Assembly: GCA_028817225.1 (NCBI GenBank)
Contig: JAPPQC010000053.1
Span: 8,709 to 72,708, forward strand
DNA: 64,000 bases
Direction of reading: 5' to 3'
Source of the DNA: Gammaproteobacteria bacterium
GTDB lineage: Bacteria; Pseudomonadota; Gammaproteobacteria; Poriferisulfidales; Oxydemutatoraceae
The notes below the pieces were generated by a model. That model was not told the origin of the DNA, ran no database searches, and saw only the letters and a list, made by a program, of their open reading frames with translations. This document shows, piece by piece, positions 45,481 to 55,548 of the stretch; the stretch's first letter is position 1, and each line of letters starts with the position of its first letter. The translations under genes were made by a program, and so were the position numbers.

Positions 45481-46761
45481 TCAGAGGTTGTAGCCCTTCT
45501 CGTCGTACTGGTTGATGTCGAGGCCCTCGGTCTCTTCGTCCTCGTCCACGCGCAGGCCCACCAGCATCTGCACGATCTTCAGCACAATCCAGGTGGCGAC
45601 CGCCGTCCACACGAGAACCGCGGCCACGCCCATGAACTGGACGCCGAGTTGGCCGCCCATCGTCATGCCTTCGGCGTAACCGGCGCCGCCCCAGCTTTCG
45701 GCGACGAACACGCCGCACAGTATCGTGCCGAGCGCGCCGCCGACGCCGTGCACCGGGAACACATCGAGCGAGTCGTCAATCTTGAAGGTGCGCTTGATCA
45801 TGTTGGTCGCGATGAAGCACAGCGTGCCGGCGCTGACGCCGATAATCAACGCGCCCAGCGGGCCGACAAAGCCCGACGCCGGGGTGATGGTGCCGAGGCC
45901 CGCGACCATGCCGGTCACGATGCCGAGCACGCTCGGCTTGCCGTGGCGCACCCACTCCAGCGCGGCCCAGGTCAGCGACGCCGCCGCGGCGCTGATGTGC
46001 GTGACCAGCATCGCCATGCCGGCGTCGCCGTTGGAGGCGACCGCGCTGCCGGCGTTGAAGCCGAACCAGCCGACCCACAGCATGCCGGCGCCCGCCACCG
46101 TCAGCGTCAGGTTGTGCGGCGGCATCGGCGTGCCGGGAAAGCCCTTTCTCTCCTTCAGCACCAGCGCCGCCACCAGCGCGGCGACGCCGGCGGTGATGTG
46201 AACGACGGTGCCGCCGGCAAAATCAAGCAGGCCGGCCTCGCCGAGCCAGCCGCCGCCCCACACCCAGTGGCACACCGGAAAATAAACCACCGTCAGCCAC
46301 AGCAGGCTGAACAGCAGCATCGAGGAATACTTGATGCGCTCGGCGAAGCCGCCGACAATCAGCGCCGGCGTGATGATCGCGAAAGTCAGTTGAAACATCA
46401 CAAACACCGTCTCCGGCAGCGTGCCGGAAAGGGCGTCGCGGCCAATGCCGGCGAGCCACGCCTTGTCCAGCCCGCCGATCCAGGCGTTGGCGCCGCCGCC
46501 GTCGGAAAACGACAGACTGTAGCCGTAAATCAGCCAGACAATCGAGGCCAGGCAGGTGATGGTGAAACACTGCATCAGCACCGACAGCACGTTCTTGGCC
46601 CGCACCAGGCCGGCGTAGAACAGCGACAGCCCGGGGATGGTCATGAACAGCACCAGCGCCGTCGAGGTCAGTATCCAGGCGGTGTCGCCGGTGTTCAGTT
46701 CCTGCGCCGAGGCCGCCGCCGGCAGCATCAGGCCCCACAAAATAACCGGTAATTTTTTCAT
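45481..46761 (-). CDS. amtB: Ammonium transporter
   Basis: Signal peptide, DTAWILTSTALVLFMTIPGLSLFYAGLVR...FAGGTVVHITAG...VHGVGGALGTIL. Confidence 0.95.
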   Translation of the reverse strand: MKKLPVILWGLMLPAAASAQELNTGDTAWILTSTALVLFMTIPGLSLFYAGLVRAKNVLSVLMQCFTITCLASIVWLIYGYSLSFSDGGGANAWIGGLDKAWLAGIGRDALSGTLPETVFVMFQLTFAIITPALIVGGFAERIKYSSMLLFSLLWLTVVYFPVCHWVWGGGWLGEAGLLDFAGGTVVHITAGVAALVAALVLKERKGFPGTPMPPHNLTLTVAGAGMLWVGWFGFNAGSAVASNGDAGMAMLVTHISAAAASLTWAALEWVRHGKPSVLGIVTGMVAGLGTITPASGFVGPLGALIIGVSAGTLCFIATNMIKRTFKIDDSLDVFPVHGVGGALGTILCGVFVAESWGGAGYAEGMTMGGQLGVQFMGVAAVLVWTAVATWIVLKIVQMLVGLRVDEDEETEGLDINQYDEKGYNL

Positions 46762-46779
46762 TTCTGTCAGCCTCCTGTG

Positions 46780-47121
<342 letters not shown>

Positions 47122-47303
47122 TCACTCCTTCGGGCGGCGTTGAGTCGCGCCCCTGCCATGTAATAATCAAGAATTGTGCCAGCGAGAAAAAGGCCGCCCC
47201 GCCGCGGTTTCCGGCGGCGCCACAACACACGACAGCCCCCCACATGCCCCGCCGGATGCCGGCGGTGCGCCCCGACGGGGCAGGCCGGGCGGCGGCGCGG
47301 CGC

Positions 47304-48248
47304 TTAGCGCCAGCGGCGCAAGCCCAGGCGGCCCAGGATGCGTCTCGCCACCGACCGGAGGTGGGATACGCTGAAATGGGCCAGGATGTATCCGGGCCAC
47401 AGCAGGGCCTTGTTCGGCAGCCCTTCGGCTTTGGCGATGTGCAGCCGCTGCATTCGCGGCGAGGTCATGCCGGTTCGATGGCGCGAAGTCCAGACGGGAA
47501 ATTGCGCGCCGTCTGTATGCCAGCGTCCCGGCTTGAAATTCCTTTCACCGCTGAGACAAAAATCCAGGCCGTGTTTGACAAGCAGCAGCGTCGCGACAGA
47601 CTGGTCGTGGCGGTGTTCGCGAAAATTCCCGTCGTTGGGTGCGACCGACTCCGAGTCATCCAGGTAGCGATAGTTGTTTTCGGTGCAGACGGCAAACCAT
47701 TCCCGCGCCAGTTTAACCGTGGCTGCGGTTTTTTTCAGCAGCATGACACCGCATTCATGTTGAGCCTGTTCCACCATTTGCAGTTCCGGGTCCAGCCGCA
47801 GTATCGTGTCCATCTTGGTCCAGTGTTTGACGGGGTATTCGGATTGCGCCGCCACATGGAAAGTCACAACCGAGTGCCCGGCGCACATCTCAACGTACTC
47901 GGCCAGCCGCTGCCTGCCGTGCGGATTGAGTTCGCAGCCGGCGTCCACATAGAGCAGGATATCGCCTTCGCGCATCGTTTGCAGATGACGCAGTATCAGA
48001 AACGGCTTCCACAGCCAGCAGCCGTAGCCGCGCCGTTTATTGGCTTTGATGAAGGCGCCGTGCTCCCGCCGGAAGTCGGGGAAATCACGCCGGAGGCTTT
48101 CGTCGGTGTGGCCGGTGATTCCATCGAACAGGCCGAACGCCCGCGCTTCGCGGCAAACCCGCCGGACTGCGCGGCGGTACTTTCCGGCGCCGCCGCCGAA
48201 TGTCATGAAGAAAATTTGTGGTTTCTGTTCCACCGGATTGCCCGCCAA
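47304..48248 (-). CDS. Hypothetical protein, possibly a nucleotide-sugar transferase-like enzyme
   Basis: 314-aa ORF in a slightly AT-richer patch. Its motifs FFMTFGGG, RRGYGCWLWKPFLI and ILLYVDAGCE (DxD-like) are suggestive only. The start could instead be the ATG at 48206. Confidence 0.55.
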   Translation of the reverse strand: MAGNPVEQKPQIFFMTFGGGAGKYRRAVRRVCREARAFGLFDGITGHTDESLRRDFPDFRREHGAFIKANKRRGYGCWLWKPFLILRHLQTMREGDILLYVDAGCELNPHGRQRLAEYVEMCAGHSVVTFHVAAQSEYPVKHWTKMDTILRLDPELQMVEQAQHECGVMLLKKTAATVKLAREWFAVCTENNYRYLDDSESVAPNDGNFREHRHDQSVATLLLVKHGLDFCLSGERNFKPGRWHTDGAQFPVWTSRHRTGMTSPRMQRLHIAKAEGLPNKALLWPGYILAHFSVSHLRSVARRILGRLGLRRWR

Positions 48249-48293
48249 TCGCCGCCATAATAATGCATAATGCCGCTTTCACGGAGTTCACGA

Positions 48294-49019
48294 GTGAGCA
48301 GCATACGACCCAGCGGCCGCGCCGCCGACGAATTGCGCCCCGTTCGTTTCGAGCGCGGCTGCGCCGGCCACGCGCACGGCTCGGCGATGGCCTGCTTCGG
48401 CGCCACCCGCGTGCTGTGCACGGCGACCGTCGAAGAGCGGGTGCCGGCGTTTTTGCGCGGCGCGCGCCGCGGCTGGCTGACCGCCGAGTACGGCATGCTG
48501 CCGTGCGCGACCGCCCCGCGCACGCCGCGCGAGGCGGCGCGCGGGCGCCAGGGCGGGCGCACGCTGGAAATACAGCGCCTGATAGGCCGCTCGCTGCGCG
48601 CCTGCCTCGATCTCGCGGCGCTCGGCGAGCGCACCATCACAATAGACTGCGATGTCATCGAGGCCGACGGCGGCACCCGCACGGCGGCGATCAACGGCGG
48701 CTACATCGCGCTGCGCGACGCCGTCAGCCGCCTGCTGCGCGGCAAGCGCATTGAGCGCGACCCGGTGCACGGGCTGGTGTCGGCGGTGTCGGTCGGCATC
48801 TACAAGGGAACGCCGGTGCTCGACCTCGACTACGCCGAGGACTGCGAGGCGGAAACCGACATGAACATCGTCGTCAACGACGCCGGCCATTTCATCGAGG
48901 TGCAGGGAACCGCCGAAGGCCACGCCTTCGTGCGCGGCGAACTCGACGCGATGCTTGAACTCGCGCACATCGGAACGCGCGCGGTCACCGCGATGCAGCG
49001 CGACACGCTGGCCTCGTGA
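48294..49019 (+). CDS. rph: Ribonuclease PH
   Basis: [14 protein letters not shown]...[11 protein letters not shown]...[15 protein letters not shown]...[17 protein letters not shown] at 48294 with GGAG 7 nt upstream; an alternative ATG lies at 48270. Confidence 0.93.
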   Translation: MSSIRPSGRAADELRPVRFERGCAGHAHGSAMACFGATRVLCTATVEERVPAFLRGARRGWLTAEYGMLPCATAPRTPREAARGRQGGRTLEIQRLIGRSLRACLDLAALGERTITIDCDVIEADGGTRTAAINGGYIALRDAVSRLLRGKRIERDPVHGLVSAVSVGIYKGTPVLDLDYAEDCEAETDMNIVVNDAGHFIEVQGTAEGHAFVRGELDAMLELAHIGTRAVTAMQRDTLAS

Positions 49020-49633
49020 CGGCGCCGCTGGTCGTCGTCGCCAGCGGCAACCGCGGCAAACTGCGCGAGTTGCGCGCGATTCTGCGCGGCCTGCCGTTCG
49101 CGCTGCGCCCGCAGTCCGATTTCGGCCTGGAAAGCCCCGAAGAAACCGGCTCCACTTTTGTTGAAAACGCCTTGCTGAAGGCGCGCCATGTCTGCCGCGA
49201 GACCGGCTTTGCGGCGATTGCCGACGACTCCGGCCTCGCGGTGGATGCGCTGGACGGCGCGCCGGGCATTCGCTCGGCGCGCTACGCCGGCGACGACGCC
49301 GACGACGCGCGCAATCTGCAAAAACTGCTGGCCGAACTGCGCGCCTTTCCCGACGACGCGCTGAGCGCGTGCTTTCATTGCGCCGCGGTCTGGTTGCGCG
49401 CGGCGGACGACCCGCAGCCGGTCGTGGCCGAGGCGCGCTGGTGCGGGCGCATCACGCGCGAGCCGCGCGGCGACCAGGGCTTCGGTTACGACCCGGTCTT
49501 CTACCTGCCGCAGCACCGCTGCACCGCGGCGCAACTGCCGCCGTCAATCAAGAACGAAATCAGCCACCGCGCACGCGCCTTCGGCGAATTGCGCGGGCAC
49601 ATGCAGGCGCCGGCCAATGTCGCGGCGCGCTGA
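49016..49633 (+). CDS. rdgB: dITP/XTP pyrophosphatase (RdgB/HAM1)
   Basis: [13 protein letters not shown]...[16 protein letters not shown]...[22 protein letters not shown]...GFGYDPVF. Confidence 0.93.
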   Translation: MTAPLVVVASGNRGKLRELRAILRGLPFALRPQSDFGLESPEETGSTFVENALLKARHVCRETGFAAIADDSGLAVDALDGAPGIRSARYAGDDADDARNLQKLLAELRAFPDDALSACFHCAAVWLRAADDPQPVVAEARWCGRITREPRGDQGFGYDPVFYLPQHRCTAAQLPPSIKNEISHRARAFGELRGHMQAPANVAAR

Positions 49634-50999
49634 AACATTGCCGCCGCTGTCGCTCTATGTGCACCTGCCGTGGTGCCTGTCGAAGTGCCCGTACTGCGAC
49701 TTCAACTCGCACGCGCTGACGGCGCCGCTTGACGAACGCGGCTACATCCGGGCGCTCATCGCCGACCTTGATGCCGACCTCGCCGCCGGCGCGGACTGCG
49801 TTCAGGGCCGCAGTTTGTGCAGCGTCTTCATCGGCGGCGGCACGCCCAACCTGTTCAGCGCGGCGTCCATCGCGGCGCTGCTGCGCGAGGTTCGCGCCCG
49901 CATTCCGTTCACGCCGTCGTGCGAGATTACGCTTGAAGCCAACCCCGGCGCCGGCCACGGCGACCTCCGCGGCTTTCGCGACGCCGGCGTCAACCGCCTG
50001 TCGCTCGGCGCCCAGAGTTTTGACGATGCGATGCTGGCCCGCCTCGGGCGCGCGCACAGCGCCGCCGACATCGTGCAAACGGTCGCCGCCGCGCGCCGCG
50101 CCGGTTTTGACAACCTGAACCTGGACCTGATGTTCGGGCTGCCGGGACAGACGCCGCAACAGGGGCTGGCCGATGTCCGCCGCGCGCTGGCGCTGGCGCC
50201 GGAGCACCTGTCGTGGTACCAACTGACGATCGAGCCAAACACGCTGTTCCACGCCCGCCCGCCGGCGCTGCCGGACGATGACAGCGTGTGGCGTTTGCAG
50301 CGCGCGGCAACGGCGCTGCTGCACGAGCGCGGTTACCGGCGCTACGAAGTGTCCGCATACACGATGAAAAAAAGATGCCGCCACAATCTGAATGTCTGGC
50401 GCTTCGGCGATTATCTCGGCATCGGCGCCGGCGCGCACGGAAAATGGACGCGCGCAGGCAAAGTGGTGCGAACCCGCAAGCACCGCAACCCGTCGCGTTA
50501 CATCGAGCGCGCACACGCCGGGCGCTGCTGCGTCGAGACGCGCGCCGTCGCCGTCGGCGACCTGCTGTTTGAGTTTCTGCTGAACGCGCTGCGCCTGACG
50601 CACGGTTTCCGGGCGTCATTGTTTCACAGGCGCACTGGCCTTGATGCCGGCCTGCTGGAACGGCGCCTCGCGCCGCTGACCCGGCGCGGCCTGATTGAGC
50701 GCCGCGGCGCCGCCGGGCGCCGGCGCTATGCGGCGACGCCGCTCGGCGCCCGCTTCCTGGACGATGTGCTCGTCGAGATTTTGCCGGAATCGCAACCCTT
50801 TGATTCAGCGACAACGAGCAGTTATGCACAAAGCGCCGGGGCCGCGCCGCGCGCGGTCGCGCTCGCACCGGTGAAACTTCCGGCGCCGCGGGAGACGACA
50901 AAAAATAATCGCCATATCAATAACTTGCACAAAAAGCCATTGGCGCGCGCCGTTTCGCCCATCCCTTTGAAAGACAAACAATTTGTGCCCGGCAAATAA
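49617..50999 (+). CDS. hemW: Radical SAM heme chaperone HemW (HemN-like), with a long C-terminal tail
   Basis: [21 protein letters not shown]...IGGGTPN...[12 protein letters not shown]. The last 70 or so codons look like read-through into AT-rich intergenic DNA. Confidence 0.88.
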   Translation: MSRRAETLPPLSLYVHLPWCLSKCPYCDFNSHALTAPLDERGYIRALIADLDADLAAGADCVQGRSLCSVFIGGGTPNLFSAASIAALLREVRARIPFTPSCEITLEANPGAGHGDLRGFRDAGVNRLSLGAQSFDDAMLARLGRAHSAADIVQTVAAARRAGFDNLNLDLMFGLPGQTPQQGLADVRRALALAPEHLSWYQLTIEPNTLFHARPPALPDDDSVWRLQRAATALLHERGYRRYEVSAYTMKKRCRHNLNVWRFGDYLGIGAGAHGKWTRAGKVVRTRKHRNPSRYIERAHAGRCCVETRAVAVGDLLFEFLLNALRLTHGFRASLFHRRTGLDAGLLERRLAPLTRRGLIERRGAAGRRRYAATPLGARFLDDVLVEILPESQPFDSATTSSYAQSAGAAPRAVALAPVKLPAPRETTKNNRHINNLHKKPLARAVSPIPLKDKQFVPGK

Positions 51000-51001
51000 A
51001 T

Positions 51002-51022
51002 TTGTCCACAAAGTTATCCACA
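51002..51022 (+). promoter_or_regulatory. Two tandem DnaA-box-like 9-mers upstream of the rpmE promoter
   Basis: TTGTCCACA (51002-51010, one mismatch) and TTATCCACA (51014-51022, a perfect match to TTWTNCACA). A putative promoter, TTGCCG-N17-TATCAT, lies at 51056-51084. Confidence 0.5.
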
Positions 51023-51108
51023 ACCGCAAGCCCCGCCCCCGGCCTGTTCCCGCAGTTGCCGCGCCGCGCCGTTTTCGGTATCATGGCCGCCCATTGCGGA
51101 GAAAAAGC

Positions 51109-51342
51109 ATGAAAGCAGACATTCACCCCGATTACCGCGAAGTCCAGGCGGTTTGCAGTTGCGGCAACCGTTTCACGGTTTATTCCACTTATTCCGGCGA
51201 GCAGTTGTCGCTGGAGGTGTGCGCCGCTTGCCACCCGTTCTACACCGGCAAGCAGAAAATCCTTGAAAGCGCCGGCCAGGTGGACAAATTCCGCCGCCGC
51301 TACGGCAAGAAAAAGCAAAGTTCGGACGCCGCGCCGTCCTGA
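51109..51342 (+). CDS. rpmE: 50S ribosomal protein L31 (Zn-ribbon type)
   Basis: MKADIHPDY...CSCGN...[19 protein letters not shown] upstream. Confidence 0.95.
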   Translation: MKADIHPDYREVQAVCSCGNRFTVYSTYSGEQLSLEVCAACHPFYTGKQKILESAGQVDKFRRRYGKKKQSSDAAPS

Positions 51343-51384
51343 ACGCCGCCGCCGGACACGCAGGCCGGCAACCCCTGAATCGCG

Positions 51385-52479
51385 CTATTGCGGCGCGCCG
51401 AGTTGCAGCGCGCGGCGGCGCGAGTGTTCGCGTTCTTCGGCGTCGTCCGCGGCGAACGCCTCCCAGCCGCGCAGGTGGCGCAGCACCAGTTGCGCGAGAA
51501 AGTCGGCGTGTTCGGGCGCGTCGTTCAGCGCCTCGATGTAGCGCAGCCGCCCGCCGCCGGCGTGTTCAAACTGTTCGCGGTTTTGCATCGCAATCTCTTC
51601 CAGCGTCTCCAGGCAGTCCACCGCGAAGCCGGGGCAGAACACATCCACCGTGGCGGTTTTTTGCCGCGCCAGTTCGCGCAGCGTCTCGTCGGTGTACGGC
51701 CTGAGCCATTCGGCGCGCCCGAAGCGCGACTGAAACGCCACCAGCCACGCATCGTCCGGCAGTGACAGCGCGGCGGCGATCAGGCGCGCGGTCTTGCGGC
51801 ACTGGCAGTGGTAGGGATCGCCTTTCAGCAGGTTGCGTTTCGGCAGGCCGTGAAAAGAGAACAGCAGTTTGTCGCCGGCGCCGTGCTCGTCGCGGAAAGC
51901 GCGTATGCGCCGCGCGCAGGCGTCAATGTAGCCCTGCTCGCCGCAGTAGTCGTTGACAAAGCGCACCTCCGGCAGATGGCGGCGGCGGCGCAGCACGCGG
52001 CCCGTCTCGTCGAACACCGCCGCCGTCGTCGTCGCCGAGTATTGCGGAAACAGCGGCACAATCAGCAGGCGGCGCGTGTTCAGGCGGTGCAGCCGGTCGA
52101 GTTCGCCGGCGAGGCCGGGGTGTCCGTAGCGCATCGCCGCGCGGACTTCGGCCTGCGGCCAGCCCGCGCCGCGCACGCGCTCGCCGACGGCGCGCGCAAG
52201 CGCGGTCGTGTGCACCAGCAGCGGCGAACCCTGCGGCGACCAGATGGCGGCGTAGGCCGCGGCGCTGCGGCGCGGCCTCAGCGGCAGCACCAGCAGGCGC
52301 AGCATCAGCCACCACAGCGGGCGGGGAATCTCGACGACGCGCGGGTCGGACAGAAATTCTTTCAGATAGCGCCGGACGGCGTTGGGCGTCGGCGCGTCGG
52401 GCGTGCCGAGATTGACCAGCAGGACACCGGTGCGCGCCGCGCTGCCGTGGCGGTACGGCGCGTCATTGCGCTCGTTCAT
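51385..52479 (-). CDS. hemH: Ferrochelatase
   Basis: GVLLVNLGTPDAPT...VRRYLKEFLSDPRVVEIP...LFPQYSATTT...FSFHGLP. Confidence 0.94.
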   Translation of the reverse strand: MNERNDAPYRHGSAARTGVLLVNLGTPDAPTPNAVRRYLKEFLSDPRVVEIPRPLWWLMLRLLVLPLRPRRSAAAYAAIWSPQGSPLLVHTTALARAVGERVRGAGWPQAEVRAAMRYGHPGLAGELDRLHRLNTRRLLIVPLFPQYSATTTAAVFDETGRVLRRRRHLPEVRFVNDYCGEQGYIDACARRIRAFRDEHGAGDKLLFSFHGLPKRNLLKGDPYHCQCRKTARLIAAALSLPDDAWLVAFQSRFGRAEWLRPYTDETLRELARQKTATVDVFCPGFAVDCLETLEEIAMQNREQFEHAGGGRLRYIEALNDAPEHADFLAQLVLRHLRGWEAFAADDAEEREHSRRRALQLGAPQ

Positions 52480-53053
52480 CCGCCGTGCGCAGCCGGCTGC
52501 GGCGCGGGAAATGCGCCTTCAGAAACTCCATCTGGTCGGCCAGCACGGTGCGCGCTTGCAGATACACATATTCGGCGTGGGTCGGCACGAAAGGCACCGC
52601 GAGCAGTTTCATGCCCGCTTCCTCGGGCGTGCGCCCGGCCTTGTGGTTGTTGCAGCGTTTGCACGCGGCGACGACATTGCTCCACTTGTCCTTGCCGCCC
52701 TGGTTGAACGGCATGACATGGTCGCGCGACAGTTCGCGGCGTTTGAAATGCTCGCCGCAGTACATGCACAGAAAGGCGTCGCGCCGGAACAATGTCAGGT
52801 TGTTCAGCGGCGGCACATACTCAAGCCCGAGCCGCGGGTTTTTGCCGTAGGTGGCGATGATGGACTCCAGCCGGATGACGCTGCGTCGCCCGGACAAGGC
52901 GTTGACGCCGCCGCGTATCGTGAACAGCGGTTCGCCCGCGCTGTAGGCGACTTCGCCGAGATAGTAGAATCTCACGGCGTCGCGGTAGGTTATCCAGTCG
53001 AGCGGCATGCCGGAGACATCCACTCTCAGTATTTGCTGGTTGAGTCGGTCCAT
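52463..53053 (-). CDS. HNH endonuclease family protein (196 aa)
   Basis: CMYCGEHF...LSRDHVMPFNQGGKDKWSNVVAACKRCNNHKAGRTPEEA. This is the 3' part of the spurious 1009-aa track ORF. Start at the ATG at 53053. It overlaps the hemH start by 17 nt. Confidence 0.85.
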   Translation of the reverse strand: MDRLNQQILRVDVSGMPLDWITYRDAVRFYYLGEVAYSAGEPLFTIRGGVNALSGRRSVIRLESIIATYGKNPRLGLEYVPPLNNLTLFRRDAFLCMYCGEHFKRRELSRDHVMPFNQGGKDKWSNVVAACKRCNNHKAGRTPEEAGMKLLAVPFVPTHAEYVYLQARTVLADQMEFLKAHFPRRSRLRTADERAQ

Positions 53054-53248
53054 TGTCCTGTGGATTTGTCCTTCGGGAAAGCGTAGTATCCAGACTTTGC
53101 CGGCCGTGTCAAAGAGGCGCCCGGCGCGGCGGCCATGCCGTTTTTTGTAACTTGCTGATATAACGAATTTTCGGTTGCGCCCGGTTGCCATGTGTCCAAT
53201 GCAGAAGCGGAGCGGGGGCGGCGTGCTTGCAGAATGGTTGGCGACAGA

Positions 53249-53283
53249 CTGTCCACAATCTTTTCCACAGAAAATGTGGGTAA
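53249..53283. promoter_or_regulatory. Cluster of three DnaA-box-like 9-mers upstream of priA
   Basis: CTGTCCACA (53249-53257), TTTTCCACA (53261-53269, fits TTWTNCACA) and TGTGGGTAA (53275-53283, the reverse complement of TTACCCACA). Confidence 0.4.
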
Positions 53284-53329
53284 TCGCCGGCGCGCGCCGC
53301 TTTGCCAATCTTGTCTTGTTGATGTTCCG

Positions 53330-55522
53330 ATGACCGCCGAAACCATCCTGCGCGTCGCCATTCCGTCGGCTCTGCCGGAAAGCTTTGATTACCTCGCGCC
53401 GGCGGGCGTGTCCGCCGCCGCGTTGTCGCCGGGTATGCGGGTCGCCGTCCGGCTCGGCAGGCAGGCCCGCGTCGGCGTCATCGCCGAGGTCGCGGACGAG
53501 ACCGCGGTGGCGCGCGAGCGGTTGAAATCCGTCGAGCGCGTTCTGGACGAATCGCCCGTTGTCCCGGCGCCGTTGTTCGGGTTGTTGCAGTGGGTCGCGC
53601 GTTACTACCATCAGCCGCTGGGCGGCGTGCTGCGAACCGCGATGCCGCTGCTGGCGCGCCGCGGCGCGGCGCCGCAAATTCCGCAGACTGTTTTCTGGGA
53701 ATGTGTCGCGGGCGGTGAGCCGCCATCGCCGCGGGCCGTGAAGCAGCGGGCGCTGCTGGATTATCTGGAAGACGCCGGGCGCCTCGACGAGGCGGCGCTG
53801 GCGCGCCGGTTTCCGGATTGGCGCCCGGTGATGCGGCGCCTGCTTCATCGCCGCCTCGTCGCGCGCCATGAGGAGCCGGCGATGCCCGCGCCGGCGCCGC
53901 GCGCGCCGGGGCACCGTCTCAACCGCGAGCAGCAGGCGGCGGTGGACGCGGTGGCGGCGGGCTTCGGCGAATTTCACCGCCACCTGCTGGAGGGCGTCAC
54001 CGGCAGCGGCAAGACCGAGGTGTATCTGGCGCTGTGCGAGCAGGCGCTGGAACGCGGCGAGCAGGCGCTGGTGCTGGTGCCTGAAATCGCGCTGACGGCG
54101 CAGACGGTCGAGCGCTTCCGCGCGCAGTTGCCGGGGACGGTTTGCGTGTTTCATTCCGGGCTGACCGACCGCGAGCGCTTTCACTGCTGGAGCGCCGCGC
54201 TCAGCGGCGACGCCGGCGTCGTCATCGGCACGCGCTCGGCGGTGTTTCTGCCGTTCAAACGCCTCGGTCTCGCGGTCGTGGACGAGGAGCACGATGCGTC
54301 CTACAAGCAAAGCGAGTCGTCTTTCCGCTACCACGCGCGGGATGTCGCCATCAAGCGTGCGCAAACCGGTTCGCTGCCGGTCGTCCTCGGCAGCGCGACG
54401 CCGTCGCTGGAGTCGCTGCACAACGCGCTCGAAGGCCGCTACGCGCGCCGCCATCTGACGCGCCGCGCCGCCGGCGCCGCGCCGCCGCGCTGGCGGGTGA
54501 TTGACTTGCGCGGCAGCCGCCTTGAAGACGGCCTGTCGCCGCCGCTGCTGGCGGCGATGCGCGACCGCCTCGCCGCGCGCGAACAGGTGCTGCTGTTTCT
54601 GAACCGCCGCGGCTACGCGCCGGTGATGCTGTGCCGCGACTGCGGCGGCGCGCTGTCGTGCGCGCGCTGCGACGCCCGCCTGGTGTACCACCTGCGCGAC
54701 GGGCGGCTGCACTGCCATCATTGCGGCGTGTCGTCGCGCCCGCCCGGCGCCTGCTCCGGCTGCGGCGGCGACATGCGGCTGGTCGGACTCGGCACCGAGA
54801 AGGTCGAGCAACATCTGACGCGGCTGTTCCCCGAAACCGGCATTGTGCGCATTGACACCGACGCGGTGCGGCGCAAGAACGAACTCGAGCGCCGCCTCGA
54901 GCGGGTGCGCAGCGGCGACGCCGGCATCGTGCTGGGGACGCAGATGCTGACGAAGGGCCACCACTTTCCGGCGATGACGCTGGTCGGCATCGTCAACGCC
55001 GACCAGAGTTTGTTCGCCGCCGACTTCAGGGCCATCGAGCGCCTCGGCCAGTTGATTGTGCAGGTCGGCGGGCGCGCCGGGCGCGGCGGCGCCGCCGGCG
55101 AGGTGATGCTGCAAACCCACCACCCGCACCATCCGCAACTGCAAGTGCTGCTGAAAAGCGGCTACGGCGCGTTCGCGCTGCAACTGCTGCCGCAGCGCGA
55201 GGCGGCGCAACTGCCGCCGTACCGCCACCTCGCCGTCATCCGCGCGCGTTCCGCCGGCAGCGGCGAAGCCGCCGCCTTTCTCGACCTCGTGCACCGTTCC
55301 TCGGAGGAATTCGCGCGCCGGCATGCGACGCAGGTGTTTCCGCCGGCGCCGATGATGATGGAGAAAAAAGCCGGGCACTACCGCGCGCAACTGCTGCTGA
55401 GCGCCGCCGCCGCGCACTCGCTCAACGCCTGCCTGGCGGCGCTGCTGCCCGTCGCCGCGCGTCTCGCGCGCCGCCGCAAGGTGCGGTGGCATGTGGATGT
55501 GGACCCGTGCGAGGCCGTCTGA
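53330..55522 (+). CDS. priA: Primosomal replication restart helicase PriA
   Basis: FDYLAP...LLEGVTGSGKTEVYL...VVDEEHDASYKQ...Zn-finger CRDCGGALSCARCDARLVYH...CHHCG. Confidence 0.95.
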   Translation: MTAETILRVAIPSALPESFDYLAPAGVSAAALSPGMRVAVRLGRQARVGVIAEVADETAVARERLKSVERVLDESPVVPAPLFGLLQWVARYYHQPLGGVLRTAMPLLARRGAAPQIPQTVFWECVAGGEPPSPRAVKQRALLDYLEDAGRLDEAALARRFPDWRPVMRRLLHRRLVARHEEPAMPAPAPRAPGHRLNREQQAAVDAVAAGFGEFHRHLLEGVTGSGKTEVYLALCEQALERGEQALVLVPEIALTAQTVERFRAQLPGTVCVFHSGLTDRERFHCWSAALSGDAGVVIGTRSAVFLPFKRLGLAVVDEEHDASYKQSESSFRYHARDVAIKRAQTGSLPVVLGSATPSLESLHNALEGRYARRHLTRRAAGAAPPRWRVIDLRGSRLEDGLSPPLLAAMRDRLAAREQVLLFLNRRGYAPVMLCRDCGGALSCARCDARLVYHLRDGRLHCHHCGVSSRPPGACSGCGGDMRLVGLGTEKVEQHLTRLFPETGIVRIDTDAVRRKNELERRLERVRSGDAGIVLGTQMLTKGHHFPAMTLVGIVNADQSLFAADFRAIERLGQLIVQVGGRAGRGGAAGEVMLQTHHPHHPQLQVLLKSGYGAFALQLLPQREAAQLPPYRHLAVIRARSAGSGEAAAFLDLVHRSSEEFARRHATQVFPPAPMMMEKKAGHYRAQLLLSAAAAHSLNACLAALLPVAARLARRRKVRWHVDVDPCEAV

Positions 55523-55548
55523 CGCGGGCCATGCGATAGAATAGCGCG

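Noticed and set aside
50880-53330. The DnaA boxes near rpmE and priA as a chromosomal origin (oriC).
   Set aside because: There are only 2 plus 3 boxes, separated by 2.2 kb of coding DNA. There is no AT-rich unwinding element with 13-mer-like repeats, and none of the usual origin neighbours (dnaA-dnaN, gidA/mnmG, rpmH). I kept them only as possible regulatory or titration sites.
52463-55492. A 1009-aa ORF on the minus strand.
   Set aside because: Only its last 196 codons (52463-53053, the HNH endonuclease) look real. The remainder is the antisense of priA.
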